From Squalus acanthias (Eukaryota), in the NCBI GenBank assembly GCA_030390025.1, contig CM059432.1, forward strand, positions 81,284,001 through 81,348,000: DNA of 64,000 nt, written 5' to 3'. Both the position numbers and the translations under genes were made by a program. Shown here piece by piece: positions 62,764 through 64,000 of the stretch (its first letter is position 1; each line of letters opens with the position of its first letter). Under the pieces are notes generated by a model. It ran no database searches. It worked only from the letters and a program-made list of their open reading frames with translations, and had not been told where the DNA came from.

Positions 62764-64000
62764 GGCCGGAATTTTCCCATTGCCGTGTGTGCGGGTTTAA
62801 AGGTGGGTCGGCTGTAAAAATAGCAAAAACAGGCGGTGTGTTGGGAACCCGCCGTCATCCCACCTCCTCATGCCTTTAACTCGGGCACGTTTGCCAGCGC
62901 GCCACGGACCCGATCGGGAGAAGCGGGCGACATAATTAAAGTCATTAAATCCTTGTTAACAGACCCTTAACAGGCTTTTTAACTGATGCTTCTGAATTTA
63001 ACAGTATGAGCATGAGAAGCACGCAGCTCTGGAATCTCACCTGTGAAGGGGAGGCAGAAGTTCAGTGGTCATTGTTCGAGGGCAATAATTGACAGCTGGG
63101 AATACCAGATAAATACACACACTTTACACCTCAGTAGTTGCCTAAGGGAAAGGCTGTTGATGACTCCATTTTGTGCACAGATTTAGTTTCTGGAGTTTGC
63201 AGGTTATTTCTGCAACCTCGGAAACCACTATCACCACATTGCTACTCAGTATTAGAACATTGAGGGATTGTCCCTCTGATCGCTACTTCACCTGCCATCC
63301 ACTACATCAGCATGAGTGCCACTTATGCTCTCTCACCTTGGTCCTCAGAATCAGACCAAGATGAGCACCACCACTAACAACATCAGCCACACTAGCAGCA
63401 ACAGTAGCAACCACAACAGCAGCCTTCTCCTCAATGACCTGATGCTCCACAGGAGAGAGGGGGGCACCACAGGGCTGCAGCGCGCCGGAGGCAATAACCC
63501 CCAACACAGGGTATACAGGCAGAGGATGAGCTTCCTCAACATGACTGAGCAGCAATGCTTCAGGAGGCTCAGGCTATCGCGAGAGGTAGTCGCAGACATT
63601 TGTAGCTTGCTGGAACAAGACCTGCTGCCCAGAGGTCCTGGTGGACGCTTCTTGCCAGTGGCTGTCAAAGTCACCACCACCCTCAACTTCTTCGCCTCAG
63701 GCTTCTTCCAGGGATCTGCAGCAGACATTTGCGGGATCTCGCAGTCGGCCACCCACAAATGCATCACCCAGGTGACTGATGCCATGTTTCACAAGTCAGC
63801 CAATTATGTAAACTTTGCCACTGATGAAGCCAGTGTTACTGAGCAGACGCTCAGCTTTGCGGCTCTGGCTGAATTCCCACAGGTGCAGGGCGTCATCGAC
63901 TGCACACACGTGGCCATGAAGGCACCCTATCATCACAGAGTGTTTGTGAACCGCAAAGGCTTCCACTCCCTCAATGTGCAGCTCGTCTGCAGCCATAAAA
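62764..64000 (+). mobile_element. PIF/Harbinger element left part
   Basis: TIR-like GGCCGGAATTTTCCC at 62764, followed by a transposase frame. Confidence 0.85.
63502..63999 (+). CDS. Harbinger (HARBI1-like, DDE_Tnp_4 type) transposase, partial; open to the window end
   Basis: Manual translation: [30 protein letters not shown]...[15 protein letters not shown]...GISQS...[18 protein letters not shown]...[16 protein letters not shown]; sequence just upstream is disrupted. Confidence 0.85.

Noticed and set aside
1..64000. CRISPR array, prokaryotic operon or endogenous virus
   Set aside because: No repeat-spacer array, LTR/gag/integrase or viral ORF seen; all RT motifs are of non-LTR type.

Overview
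Repeat-dense vertebrate genomic DNA, most likely from a cartilaginous fish (shark-type SINE, CR1, L2, Penelope and Harbinger families). The only host coding feature I can support is one 136-nt internal exon (22333-22468, +) whose translation matches my recollection of human C8orf34, so the window is probably intronic to a C8orf34 ortholog. The rest is layered mobile DNA: many CR1 LINE copies (one near full-length, with esterase ORF1 and APE-RT ORF2), L2, RTE and a second CR1-group LINE, DeuSINE-like SINEs, PIF/Harbinger relics (transposase plus intron-containing Myb/SANT gene), several Harbinger-type MITE families with 3-bp TSDs, and a TA-flanked pogo-type MITE. Most notable are short Penelope-like insertions carrying minimal hammerhead ribozymes (intact cores at about 9.3 and 24.1 kb), two hairpin insertions whose inversion point falls inside the ribozyme, a four-level nested insertion at 39.8-45.3 kb, and a CpG-rich MITE family carrying a CRE palindrome. 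All calls were made by eye without database searches; family names and the boundaries of degraded repeats are approximate.
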